From Laetmonice hystrix (lineage: Eukaryota): 64,000 nt of DNA. The notes under the pieces were generated by a model that had not been told where the DNA came from, did not search any database, and saw nothing but the letters and a program-made list of their open reading frames with translations. Each line of letters opens with the position of its first letter. Positions within the stretch are counted from its first letter, which is position 1. The stretch spans positions 37,510,001 to 37,574,000 of the forward strand of contig OZ249438.1 of assembly GCA_965235115.1 (NCBI GenBank). Reading direction: 5' to 3'. A program made the position numbers and the translations under genes. This document shows positions 63,791 to 64,000 of the stretch, one piece after another.

Positions 63791-64000
63791 AATCCTAGTT
63801 AAGCGATGAGCAGGGATTGTTGTGGAGCATGCAGTGGCTGATAGGGATAGAATCCTAGTTAAGCGATAAGCAGGGTTGTTGTGGAGGTGTAGTGGCTGAT
63901 AGGGATAGAATCCTAGTTAAGCGATGAGCAGGGTTTGTTGTGGAGCGTGTAGTGGCTGATAGGGATAGAATCCTAGTTAAGCGATGAGCAGGGTTGTTGT
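63791..64000. repeat. 58-60-bp tandem repeat running off the window
   Basis: AATCCTAGTTAAGCGAT at 63791, 63851, 63909 and 63969. Confidence 0.93.

Noticed and set aside
1-64000. CRISPR-like appearance of regularly spaced repeats
   Set aside because: Arrays are head-to-tail with no unique spacers, there are no cas genes, and the context is a spliced animal gene.

Overview
Eukaryotic (animal, probably molluscan/lophotrochozoan) genomic DNA that is almost entirely intron of a + strand alpha-neurexin gene. Two coding exons are supported. 28244-29011 (768 bp, phase 1-1) encodes the end of LNS4 plus all of LNS5. 56197-56316 (120 bp, phase 1-1) encodes the third EGF repeat and is missing from the supplied ORF track. 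A 27,185 bp intron separates them. I did not find the previous or next neurexin exon, so the upstream intron appears to exceed 28 kb. By my hand tally about 38 mostly unrelated tandem arrays (units about 12-100 bp) cover about 23 kb (about 36%), and they explain nearly all long ORFs in the track. Best leads: (1) an in-frame 21-nt candidate microexon at the position of vertebrate neurexin splice site 6; (2) minisatellites whose units carry perfect transcription-factor or splicing-factor motifs (CRE x15, ETS x11, AP-1 x5, GC/GT boxes, ACUAAC x~65); (3) a possible decayed nested signal-peptide/LRR gene with a promoter-like motif cluster upstream. No CRISPR, rRNA, intact tRNA or intact autonomous transposon was found. 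All coordinates and counts were done by eye and array edges are approximate.
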